This document shows, one piece after another, positions 20,097 to 27,924 of a stretch of 64,000 nt of DNA. The stretch is taken from the IMG/VR virus record IMGVR_UViG_3300029288_000092, positions 32,001-96,000 of that record; one strand, written 5' to 3'. The stretch is from a virus. Taxonomy: Duplodnaviria; Caudoviricetes. Made by a program: the position numbers and the translations under genes. Below the pieces are notes generated by a model, which worked only from the letters and a program-made list of their open reading frames with translations, was not told the DNA's origin and searched no databases. Every line of letters begins with the position of its first letter. Position 1 is the first letter of the stretch.

Positions 20097-20555
20097 AATC
20101 TCTAAAATCCAAGATTTTTTTCTCAGTGTATGAAGGGAGAAATTATATGACACGACCGTAGTTAAGTTAATTTGTGTTTATTTATTAAGATTTTATAGAG
20201 ATTATTTATTTGCTATGTCCTAACATAGCTATTTCAATTGCTTATTTTTACGGACTCATATCCTTTTAAGTAGTGTCTATGGGTTTTGTAAAAATAAGTT
20301 GTTATGACGACCGAAGGTCATAATAATATCCTGAAAATTGAAATAGGCCCGTTCCAGCCGAGACAAATGGAATACAATCATGTGAGTTTTAGACGAGGTA
20401 CTTATCACATGAATATACACTATTGGGTTTTAAGTGTATATGGTTGCACCTTGTAAGTGATGTTTTATTGGTTAATATTAGAGTACAAAATGACACTTGC
20501 CGTTATTCATGGATGCATTTATATTAGCTACCCATGAAGATTTATAATGGTGCAA
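20097..20555 (+). ncRNA. Large structured non-coding element, family unassigned
   Basis: At least 10 nested helices with G-U wobbles on the plus strand; no ORF of 60 aa or more. Confidence 0.6.
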
Positions 20556-20609
20556 GGAGAAATTTTCCAAAATATGTATTTAATTTTAAATTGATTGACA
20601 GGAGTTTTA

Positions 20610-21395
20610 ATGTGTAGAATTTTATTGATTAAAGATCTACAAAATTGGTCAATAGATAACCAATTATTGGAAGATCTCGATTACACCCAAGGAGGGGATG
20701 GAATAGGAATGGGGTGGTTTGAAAATGGAACACCAAAGAAAGTTGTAATTCCTATTTCTTCAACAAAACATATGGTCAATGCTGCAGTTAAACACTTGAC
20801 CAAATTAAAAGAAAATGGAATACAACAAATTTTATATCATACAAGAATGACATCAAGAGGTGCAAAAAACTTAGATAATATTCATCCATTTTTAATTAAT
20901 CTTGGTCCTCCAATGAATAAAAAGGCATGGTTCTGTCATAACGGAACCATTTCATCCGTTGGAAAAATAAAGGACAAAGAAGGTGAATGGAGTGACACAC
21001 GAACATTTGCAAAAATGTTAAATAGTCTTCCATGGGAAATAATTAAAATGAATCTGGAAGATAACCCAAACGAAACATTTGTGCTGTTAAACCAGGACGG
21101 GGAATTCATGAAGTTTCAAGAAAGAGTATATGATGGAAAAAGAATAGTAGATACTGAAGGACCAATAGAACATTCCCCAACCAGAATAGTTAATAATTCA
21201 AATATATCATATGGTTATAATAGCAGCGTGTGTGACCACTACAGAGATGACTATTATAAAAATGGAAGAAATATTTTTCCATACTCATCATCAAACAACA
21301 GTGGGAAAAAAGAAAATACAAATATAAATCATTCCAATGTAAATAACAAAAATGGAATTGATGATGATTATAATTGGCATGATGCATTATATTGA
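20610..21395 (+). CDS. Class II (Ntn) glutamine amidotransferase
   Basis: Likely true start MCRI at 20610 (AGGAG RBS) exposes the N-terminal Cys; DGIG, HTRMTSRG, NIHPF, HNGTI, SDT motifs. Confidence 0.88.
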   Translation: MCRILLIKDLQNWSIDNQLLEDLDYTQGGDGIGMGWFENGTPKKVVIPISSTKHMVNAAVKHLTKLKENGIQQILYHTRMTSRGAKNLDNIHPFLINLGPPMNKKAWFCHNGTISSVGKIKDKEGEWSDTRTFAKMLNSLPWEIIKMNLEDNPNETFVLLNQDGEFMKFQERVYDGKRIVDTEGPIEHSPTRIVNNSNISYGYNSSVCDHYRDDYYKNGRNIFPYSSSNNSGKKENTNINHSNVNNKNGIDDDYNWHDALY

Positions 21396-21435
21396 ACAAA
21401 TTTTCAATGAATACTAAAAATTAACGGAGGTTTGT

Positions 21436-21840
21436 TTGTTTATTGCATTTGCCGATCAATCAAAAAATTCATTCCAAGACATAACTAAAATTTGCAATAT
21501 TGCAAAAATGAATCTAGAAAGAAATGGAGTATTATCCGATTTCTCGTTGGTGAAAGAAAATAATTTTATAAAACTCGAATTCTTATGTTTCAATCCCAAT
21601 ACATCTGAGGAAGAAACAAGTCTTTTGTTTTTAACAGAAATAAATCTTCTTGGGTTAATTGATGATAAAAAACATAAAGAAATCGTCTTATCTTTATCAA
21701 ACAGAGATAAAAAATATGAACTAAGAAACTTGAAGGAAATAGAAAATAAATTAAATGATTTTTTCAATTTTCACATAAACATAAATAAATTTTTATTGGA
21801 GAACACCATAACAGAAGAAATTGAAAATTACGCATATTGA
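21436..21840 (+). CDS. Hypothetical protein
   Basis: GGAGG RBS, TTG start, followed by a terminator. Confidence 0.6.
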   Translation: MFIAFADQSKNSFQDITKICNIAKMNLERNGVLSDFSLVKENNFIKLEFLCFNPNTSEEETSLLFLTEINLLGLIDDKKHKEIVLSLSNRDKKYELRNLKEIENKLNDFFNFHININKFLLENTITEEIENYAY

Positions 21841-21885
21841 TTTCGTATATTTTTGCGGTTGCGTGTGATAAGCGCTACGTTATTT

Positions 21886-21913
21886 GAGTGAGAAAATTCT
21901 CACTCTTTTTTTT
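21886..21913 (+). terminator. Intrinsic terminator
   Basis: GAGTGAGAA-aa-TTCTCACTC followed by T8. Confidence 0.8.
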
Positions 21914-21924
21914 GTCCAGATTTT

Positions 21925-22413
21925 TCATCCATCCAAATTCTTTATTTTCTTAAATTCAGAAATTATTTCATAAACAACATTTATTCCAAGTTTTCTGAAA
22001 ACATCAGCATATTCAGTGTAATATATATCTCCGGGACTTGCCATCTGAGATATGTCCCTATGAAGAAATTTTACAAAATTTAATACATTTACTTTTACCA
22101 TATGAATGCTCAAATCCATAAAAGGCTGACCTAATAATTCGAACAAACCAATATCAAATTTTTCTTTAAATTGTTTATCTAAATATTCAAAAAAATCATT
22201 TCCAACATTAACAAGAGCATCATCCTTTGGAGATATCCATAAAAAATAAGGGGTGAATGTATATTTCAAACAATCATATAATTCTTTTTTATCAAAGTAT
22301 TCTTTTATTTTTTCTTCAGTCGATATTCCTCTTTCCTCAATTTCCTCGTATACTGGAATTGGAAAAACATCATCATAATCAGAATAGTCCCTGTAATTAT
22401 ATATTGATAGCAT
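21925..22413 (-). CDS. Hypothetical protein
   Basis: ORF coupled to thyX (TAATG overlap). Confidence 0.65.
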   Translation of the reverse strand: MLSIYNYRDYSDYDDVFPIPVYEEIEERGISTEEKIKEYFDKKELYDCLKYTFTPYFLWISPKDDALVNVGNDFFEYLDKQFKEKFDIGLFELLGQPFMDLSIHMVKVNVLNFVKFLHRDISQMASPGDIYYTEYADVFRKLGINVVYEIISEFKKIKNLDG

Positions 22414-23039
22414 TATTTATTTTCCTCCATTAGATCCTCAAAGAAAATAGAATATTCGGTTTTGGATAAAGTTCTTAACATCTTTTCAGCCAACTCTCTA
22501 ATTTCATAATGTGCTGCCTTTGTATTTCTCAATTTAATGAAATGCCTAAGACTTCTAATATTAAATGTTGCCATAAGATTTAATTTATAAACCCTAGGAA
22601 TAAATTGATTTATAATATCTTTATTTATATCCGGATTTCTTTGATAAAAATCTCTAATTTTAGATAAATATTCCACTGCCATTTTATTTAATTCTTCTGA
22701 TGAAGTGTTAACAATAAAATTTTCTATGCCCTCATCATTTTTTAAAAATGATTTTATAAATGTATATCTGGTGCTCTGAACCGAATAGGAAACACCAATT
22801 CTATGTCTAATCAAATGAACATGAGCATATTCAGAAATATCATTTATTTCCCAAGTAAAAGAGCAATGTTCAGAAACAGATTCATGCCCCTTTTCCAATA
22901 TAACTTTTCTTATAAGATCTTTATCTTTTTCACCCAAAGAATATAAATCACTATCCATTTTATCAAAAGAATCATGGCACATTCTAATTGCTTTTACAAC
23001 AACATCTGGAGGTGTTGCATGCATTAAAGAAACTATCAT
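22413..23039 (-). CDS. thyX: FAD-dependent thymidylate synthase
   Basis: GHESVSEH, RHRIGVSYSVQSTRY, NIRSLRHFIKLR...AHYEIR. Confidence 0.93.
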   Translation of the reverse strand: MIVSLMHATPPDVVVKAIRMCHDSFDKMDSDLYSLGEKDKDLIRKVILEKGHESVSEHCSFTWEINDISEYAHVHLIRHRIGVSYSVQSTRYTFIKSFLKNDEGIENFIVNTSSEELNKMAVEYLSKIRDFYQRNPDINKDIINQFIPRVYKLNLMATFNIRSLRHFIKLRNTKAAHYEIRELAEKMLRTLSKTEYSIFFEDLMEENK

Positions 23040-23053
23040 TTTTAACTCCTTAT

Positions 23054-24100
23054 CTATTTCCTTGAATATTTTCTTCTCAACCTATTTGACATATATTGAA
23101 TTGTTTCCATTGATTCACTTGTTAATCGTTTTGCACTATTGACATGCTTAATAATATTTTTCCCCTGTCTTAAAATTGTTTTCTTTCTAGGTAATGCCAT
23201 TTTTAGTTTACCCATTAAACTATATAAGACAGACACCCCACTACTAATAATTCCCATCAGTGCAGATATCGGTGTTGATAACAGATCAATAATATTTTTC
23301 ATTATCTTTTTGATTATAACATAAATTAATTTAATGACAGCCAATGATGCAGCAGCAAATAAAAAACCAACCAATATAATAATAATATTATATATTGCAT
23401 GTGCTAATTCAGAATATCCACCCATATATCTAGTCAATGCAGCTTGAGATTCACCAGCACCATCAAATCCTGTTAATTTTTTTCTAGCTGCAATAATCAC
23501 AGTATCAATCATTCTAATTGTCCTATATTTATTCGCATGAAGATATGTTTTAACATTGGATCCTGTTTTTTTCCAATTTAAATCTTCAATGGCACCAAAA
23601 ATTTCACTTGCAAGATATTTAAAATCTCTTCTGGATTCCAATCTCTGTTCCATTGCATCTTTGTATGCTTCAGGAACTTGTCTTAGTGAGAATCTCCATT
23701 TTAATGGCCAGCCCTTCCTCATTGGTTCAACACTTTTCATTGGGACTCTAACCTGAATAGGAAAAAATGGAATATAACTTTGTATTCTGGCCAATGTCCT
23801 TATAATAAAATCATTTATTTTTCTTTCAGTTAAAATAACTGTTTTTTCATAAGATGTATATCCACTTCTAACAACATAATTGGATACCTCTTTATATATT
23901 TGTTTTTTTGCTTCTTGATCTCCAGATTGTTCTATTAATACATTTTCATTCATAAAATGTTCAAATACAAAATTATCTGATTTTTCTATATGTTTTGCAA
24001 CATCCACACTTTCCATTAATCCCATATTATTTTCTATATAGTCTTCACGTATACATTCAGCTAAAAAAGAAATCTGTTTATCATTAAAATTAAGTTTCAT
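23054..24100 (-). CDS. Hypothetical membrane-segment protein, possibly virion-internal
   Basis: Hydrophobic segment near aa 235-265; N-terminus resembles that of the 41822..42586 protein. Confidence 0.6.
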   Translation of the reverse strand: MKLNFNDKQISFLAECIREDYIENNMGLMESVDVAKHIEKSDNFVFEHFMNENVLIEQSGDQEAKKQIYKEVSNYVVRSGYTSYEKTVILTERKINDFIIRTLARIQSYIPFFPIQVRVPMKSVEPMRKGWPLKWRFSLRQVPEAYKDAMEQRLESRRDFKYLASEIFGAIEDLNWKKTGSNVKTYLHANKYRTIRMIDTVIIAARKKLTGFDGAGESQAALTRYMGGYSELAHAIYNIIIILVGFLFAAASLAVIKLIYVIIKKIMKNIIDLLSTPISALMGIISSGVSVLYSLMGKLKMALPRKKTILRQGKNIIKHVNSAKRLTSESMETIQYMSNRLRRKYSRK

Positions 24101-24126
24101 TTATCCTCCGAGTCACAACAGAGTTA

Positions 24127-24139
24127 TTTATTTTTGTTC
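24127..24139 (-). promoter_or_regulatory. Putative phage promoter motif GAACAAAAATAAA
   Basis: Recurrent motif, upstream of the ATG at 24100. Confidence 0.55.
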
Positions 24140-24170
24140 GTTATATTTGATGTTTTTATAGTAACAGTAT

Positions 24171-24208
24171 CTACATATATAATATCTTGGCATCCGGAAA
24201 TGGATGCC
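24171..24208 (+). promoter_or_regulatory. Putative early promoter CTACATATATAA followed by a GGCATCC/GGATGCC hairpin
   Basis: The same 12-mer occurs at 26972; both precede plus-strand gene islands. Confidence 0.45.
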
Positions 24209-24238
24209 GTAAATTTTGAAATTAATTGAGGAGGAAAT

Positions 24239-24466
24239 ATGATTCAAATATTAAAAGAAATCTGTCTGTCAATCTTTATCGTTGCAATAACCTTTGCTGT
24301 CGGGGTCTGGTTTCTAGACCCTACTGGCCGCGAGATTTTGAACAACTGGATGGATAACTATTTCACTACTGGGTCCGAGCATGTGGCTCGGGCACAGGAC
24401 GAAAGAATATTTAAAAATATATATGGGTCTGGAACGACCCAAGAATACGAATGGGAAAATAATTAA
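24239..24466 (+). CDS. Small N-terminal TM protein
   Basis: GAGGAGG RBS and hydrophobic N-terminus. Confidence 0.65.
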   Translation: MIQILKEICLSIFIVAITFAVGVWFLDPTGREILNNWMDNYFTTGSEHVARAQDERIFKNIYGSGTTQEYEWENN

Positions 24467-24476
24467 GGAGGAAAAT

Positions 24477-24671
24477 ATGGAGAAAATCAAGAACTTTCTC
24501 AGCGATGCAACGATGTTCATCGGACCCGTGGTAGTGTATCACGGGATGTTCACCGCATACCATGGATTACTTCTCACATCTGTGGTAGAAACGACAGCAG
24601 GAATTGTCCTTTGCATGGGTGTTGAAAAGGCACACATGCTATACAAAAGAATGAGAGGAGAAAAATCATGA
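24477..24671 (+). CDS. Small hydrophobic protein (likely start MEKIKN)
   Basis: AAGGAGG RBS before an internal ATG of ORF 24381..24671. Confidence 0.6.
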   Translation: MEKIKNFLSDATMFIGPVVVYHGMFTAYHGLLLTSVVETTAGIVLCMGVEKAHMLYKRMRGEKS

Positions 24672-24940
24672 GCATGAAAGAAAAATCTCAAAAGCAGTAT
24701 GAAACTGAAGAAAGAAAGATGAGAGAAATGACAACAGAAGAACTCCTGGTAATCGCCAGGAGGCAACACTGCAAACATTCAGGATCCTGCCGAGAATCTG
24801 ATTTGCACGGAGAGAGGTGCAAAAACCAGTGCGAATTCAGAGAGCCATATGATATTTATTGCCCCCATTGCGGTGCATACTTGGGGAACGGGTATGATCT
24901 CGTCCCCGCCCTGGAGTGTGATTGTGAAGGTGAAGGCTAG
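24668..24940 (+). CDS. Small Cys-rich (Zn-binding-like) protein
   Basis: Several Cys residues including CPHC and ECDC; followed by a terminator. Confidence 0.65.
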   Translation: MSMKEKSQKQYETEERKMREMTTEELLVIARRQHCKHSGSCRESDLHGERCKNQCEFREPYDIYCPHCGAYLGNGYDLVPALECDCEGEG

Positions 24941-24963
24941 CGAAAGCTAGCCTCTTTCTTTTC
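24934..24963 (+). terminator. Intrinsic terminator with GAAA tetraloop
   Basis: AGGCTAGC-GAAA-GCTAGCCT followed by a T-rich tail. Confidence 0.85.
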
Positions 24964-24964
24964 T

Positions 24965-25270
24965 TTATTTTTTCAAAGTTATTTCATAAGAACATTGATT
25001 AACTATCAATGGTTTTTTCAATTTGGCACTATGCTTTTTATATAAATTCATGATATCATTAATATCTTTATAAAACCCTTCTGCTATTTTTTTGTCCCAA
25101 AATTTCAATATAAGTTTATGTTGTGTATCACCACTCAATTCAAAACAATGTTTATCTTTTTTTGTATATATTTTGCTTATTTTATCAACAGAATATATTT
25201 TAAAATCAACTAAAGAATTGACCTTTAGGTCTATAATAGATCTTCCTTTAGCTTTCGAATTAATCATCAA
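24965..25270 (-). CDS. Hypothetical protein
   Basis: ORF in the minus-strand operon. Confidence 0.55.
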   Translation of the reverse strand: MMINSKAKGRSIIDLKVNSLVDFKIYSVDKISKIYTKKDKHCFELSGDTQHKLILKFWDKKIAEGFYKDINDIMNLYKKHSAKLKKPLIVNQCSYEITLKK

Positions 25271-25430
25271 TCACATCCTTAAGTTTACAATTTAGACATT
25301 CTTCTACGGGGACAATTTTTTCCTCTGTATGATATGTGCATACAATATATTCATATTCTTCTTCATCTATACTCATAGTTTTGATATTCAATTTACTCTT
25401 AAATATTTTACAAAATTTACAAACACCCAT
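25260..25430 (-). CDS. Small CxxC protein (56 aa, MGVCKFCKIF...ECLNCKLK)
   Basis: Manual translation; GGGGGAG RBS. Confidence 0.5.
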   Translation of the reverse strand: MGVCKFCKIFKSKLNIKTMSIDEEEYEYIVCTYHTEEKIVPVEECLNCKLKDVIDD

Positions 25431-25553
25431 GACATACTCCCCCTTATCTACAATATTCTTCTAGCCCTTTGGGTTTGAAAAGTATATCCTTTGTGTTTGT
25501 TCTCCATGTTTTTGAAAGAGGAGAATCTATTTAGATTCTCCTCTCCAATAACG

Positions 25554-25769
25554 TTATTCAGCTTTCTTTCTTTTTTGAATAGTTTTACATTCGGCGACAC
25601 TTTCTTTTCTATATTTAGCCAGAAGTTTTCCAACTTTACTGGAAACTTTCCTAGCCTTAGCAGCAGCTGATTTGTTTTTCTTTTCTACAAATTTTTCATT
25701 TGCATTCTTAAACTCTTCCCACGATGCGAAAAGTTCGGCTAACAGTTCAGTCATTTTATAGTCCTCCAT
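25554..25769 (-). CDS. Histone H1-like (Hc1-type) DNA-binding protein
   Basis: EEFK...KF.EKKNKSAAAKARK.S.K..KLLAKYRKES resembles the Hc1-like core. Confidence 0.7.
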   Translation of the reverse strand: MEDYKMTELLAELFASWEEFKNANEKFVEKKNKSAAAKARKVSSKVGKLLAKYRKESVAECKTIQKRKKAE

Positions 25770-25793
25770 TTTTTAATTATATTTTAAAAATCG

Positions 25794-26369
25794 TCAACCT
25801 CTATCTTCTGAAATTGAACACTGATTAATCAAAAGTTCTTTCTTATCTTTTAAATCGTTGATATATTCAATAATATTACAAATATTAATTGGTTTATAAT
25901 TTAATTGTTCCACTGACACATTGAACCATACCATATCCTTTTCTTTTTTAATAAAGTAATAATTATTATGTATATGCCCATGGATATTGACTTTTATATC
26001 GTTATCCACAAGAATGTTTGAATTTAATGGGACATGACTCAATGCTATTTTCACATCATCAACATTTATAATATAAAATTTGTTTTTTATTAATTCAATA
26101 TTTAAATTGTTTTTAAACCAACTAACACCGGATCTTTCATGATTGCCTTTTATTAATATAATATTTCCGGTTATAAATTCTTTTAAATAATTTATTTTGT
26201 GATCTATTTTTCCAAACATAAAATCACCAAGGTGATATACAGTATCATCATTCTTAATAATATTTTTCCAATTATTTAAAATTCTATCTTGCCAATCATC
26301 CGGCCTATCACAATATTGTTTAATTTTTTCATGAAAAAAATGTGTATCTGAAATTAACCAAGTGTTCAA
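25794..26369 (-). CDS. Calcineurin-like metallophosphoesterase
   Basis: SDTHFFH, HLGD, KGNHE, SHVP, IHGHIH. Confidence 0.9.
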   Translation of the reverse strand: MNTWLISDTHFFHEKIKQYCDRPDDWQDRILNNWKNIIKNDDTVYHLGDFMFGKIDHKINYLKEFITGNIILIKGNHERSGVSWFKNNLNIELIKNKFYIINVDDVKIALSHVPLNSNILVDNDIKVNIHGHIHNNYYFIKKEKDMVWFNVSVEQLNYKPINICNIIEYINDLKDKKELLINQCSISEDRG

Positions 26370-26386
26370 AATTCAAATATCCTCGC

Positions 26387-26872
26387 TTATTCTACGATTT
26401 CTCCATCTGCAACTTCGGGAGTTATATTAAGGCTCTCAGAAATAATACCACATTCTTCTGCTTCAACAGTTTCTATTTTTGTTACTTCTTCCTTTACATC
26501 TTCAACTGCTACTTCTTCTTCTGGTTTCTGTTCTTGATATATTGGAATTAGAAGATTTTCTTTTTCTCCAAGTTTCTTGACAAAATGATATTGTTTTCCT
26601 TCGATTTCATATCTAAGTTTAGACGCTACAAAAACAGATGATAATTCTCTCATGATACTAACCTTGTATGCATTTGCAAGATTTTTAATATGTTCCGTGA
26701 CATCATCATCCTTTAATAAAACGATAAAATCAATTAGTGCATATCCTTCATTTTTTTCATCCATTCGATAAGTAACTTTAGCTTTTACAATGGGATGTTT
26801 ATCACCCTCGTTTTCACTTTCAGACATAGCAACCATTGCAATTCCGGGTTCATCAATAAAACCAATAAGCAT
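26387..26872 (-). CDS. Hypothetical protein with acidic C-terminus
   Basis: ORF with a GGAGG RBS. Confidence 0.6.
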   Translation of the reverse strand: MLIGFIDEPGIAMVAMSESENEGDKHPIVKAKVTYRMDEKNEGYALIDFIVLLKDDDVTEHIKNLANAYKVSIMRELSSVFVASKLRYEIEGKQYHFVKKLGEKENLLIPIYQEQKPEEEVAVEDVKEEVTKIETVEAEECGIISESLNITPEVADGEIVE

Positions 26873-26971
26873 TTCATAACCTCCATTTTTAATTAATTAT
26901 GGTTTCCCATTTTTATTTTGTTTATCTTTTGACAAACATCAAAAAAACATATGTTTTTTAATTATTATTTA

Positions 26972-26983
26972 CTACATATATAA
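26972..26983 (+). promoter_or_regulatory. Putative early promoter CTACATATATAA
   Basis: Identical to 24171-24182; upstream of the 27041 gene. Confidence 0.45.
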
Positions 26984-27040
26984 ATTAAATGTGTATATTT
27001 CTTTTTTCAAAAACAAAAAAAAGAATGAGAGGGGGCCATC

Positions 27041-27541
27041 ATGATCAACGTGTATTTCTTTTCTCTCGGTATGAAAATTGGAGTTCCAGTATGGGGATAT
27101 CTTACATATCGTGGGTATGAAAGATACCACCCAACCCACATAAGACTGGCAAAAGAAAAAATCAAAAATATTAAACCCTATGTCATACAATTAGGAAATA
27201 AGATGAAAAATCGATGGAAAAAATATATCGGCAGTTTCAACAAGAACAGCAAAATCACATTTTTACTAAACACTGATGACGACAGGTTTACTTGTGAAAT
27301 TGTCGGGGACATATTCATATGCAATATCAATAAGAACAATGAAATTGACACATCAGAATTGAAATACACTTGTCTTCTTCCAACGGAAGAAAAGTATGAT
27401 AAACTGGTGTGGAACTTCGAAGCAATAAGAGACAGCATACATTTTGCTTTGGAGATGGTTTGTGATATTGATAAAGCATATGAGGTTATAAATGAAATGG
27501 GAAATACGATGAGAGAGGAGTTGAAAGTGTGGAAAGGTTAA
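27041..27541 (+). CDS. Hypothetical protein
   Basis: GAGGGGG RBS. Confidence 0.6.
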   Translation: MINVYFFSLGMKIGVPVWGYLTYRGYERYHPTHIRLAKEKIKNIKPYVIQLGNKMKNRWKKYIGSFNKNSKITFLLNTDDDRFTCEIVGDIFICNINKNNEIDTSELKYTCLLPTEEKYDKLVWNFEAIRDSIHFALEMVCDIDKAYEVINEMGNTMREELKVWKG

Positions 27542-27894
27542 AGGTAAAGTTATGCCTGATGCATATACAAAATATATGCAATCAGGTTTCTAAAAATTAT
27601 GGAATTCCAAACTTAGTAATAAAAGACGCTAAGTTTGAATTCTTTAATATTTTAAATAAAATATACATAAGAAGTTTATTAATTCAAGTCATAACTGATC
27701 GTGCGTTCAGCACTGTCAAATATGAAAACGAATTAAAAAAACTTTTTAAAGGTAGGTTATTTGTAGATATTCATTTTGATATCCGTCCGAGAAGGGATGT
27801 AATCAAAATTGGACATGAAACAAAAACCTACTATTTTAGTTTTTTAAAAAGTAGGAATTTTCTAAGTGTTCCTATCTTAGAAAAAATTAAATAG
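27529..27894 (+). CDS. Hypothetical protein
   Basis: GAGGAG RBS, GTG start. Confidence 0.55.
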   Translation: MERLKVKLCLMHIQNICNQVSKNYGIPNLVIKDAKFEFFNILNKIYIRSLLIQVITDRAFSTVKYENELKKLFKGRLFVDIHFDIRPRRDVIKIGHETKTYYFSFLKSRNFLSVPILEKIK

Positions 27895-27921
27895 GTGTGG
27901 GGTCGCCACACCTATTTTTTT
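27889..27921. terminator. Terminator between convergent genes
   Basis: AAATAGGTGTGG-ggtcg-CCACACCTATTT followed by a T tract. Confidence 0.8.
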
Positions 27922-27924
27922 GAT

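Noticed and set aside
20147-20161. Mini-ORF MTRP with a GGAG RBS as a leader peptide
   Set aside because: Too short to support without ribosome profiling or conservation data.
20073-20609. tRNA array, tmRNA, RNase P RNA, CRISPR array or self-splicing intron
   Set aside because: No T-loop/CCA cloverleaves, no GAGGAAAGUCC, no direct repeat-spacer pattern, and no recognisable P7 or domain V by eye.
26929-26960. Sigma70 promoter from TTGACA at 26929
   Set aside because: No convincing -10 element at 16-18 bp spacing.
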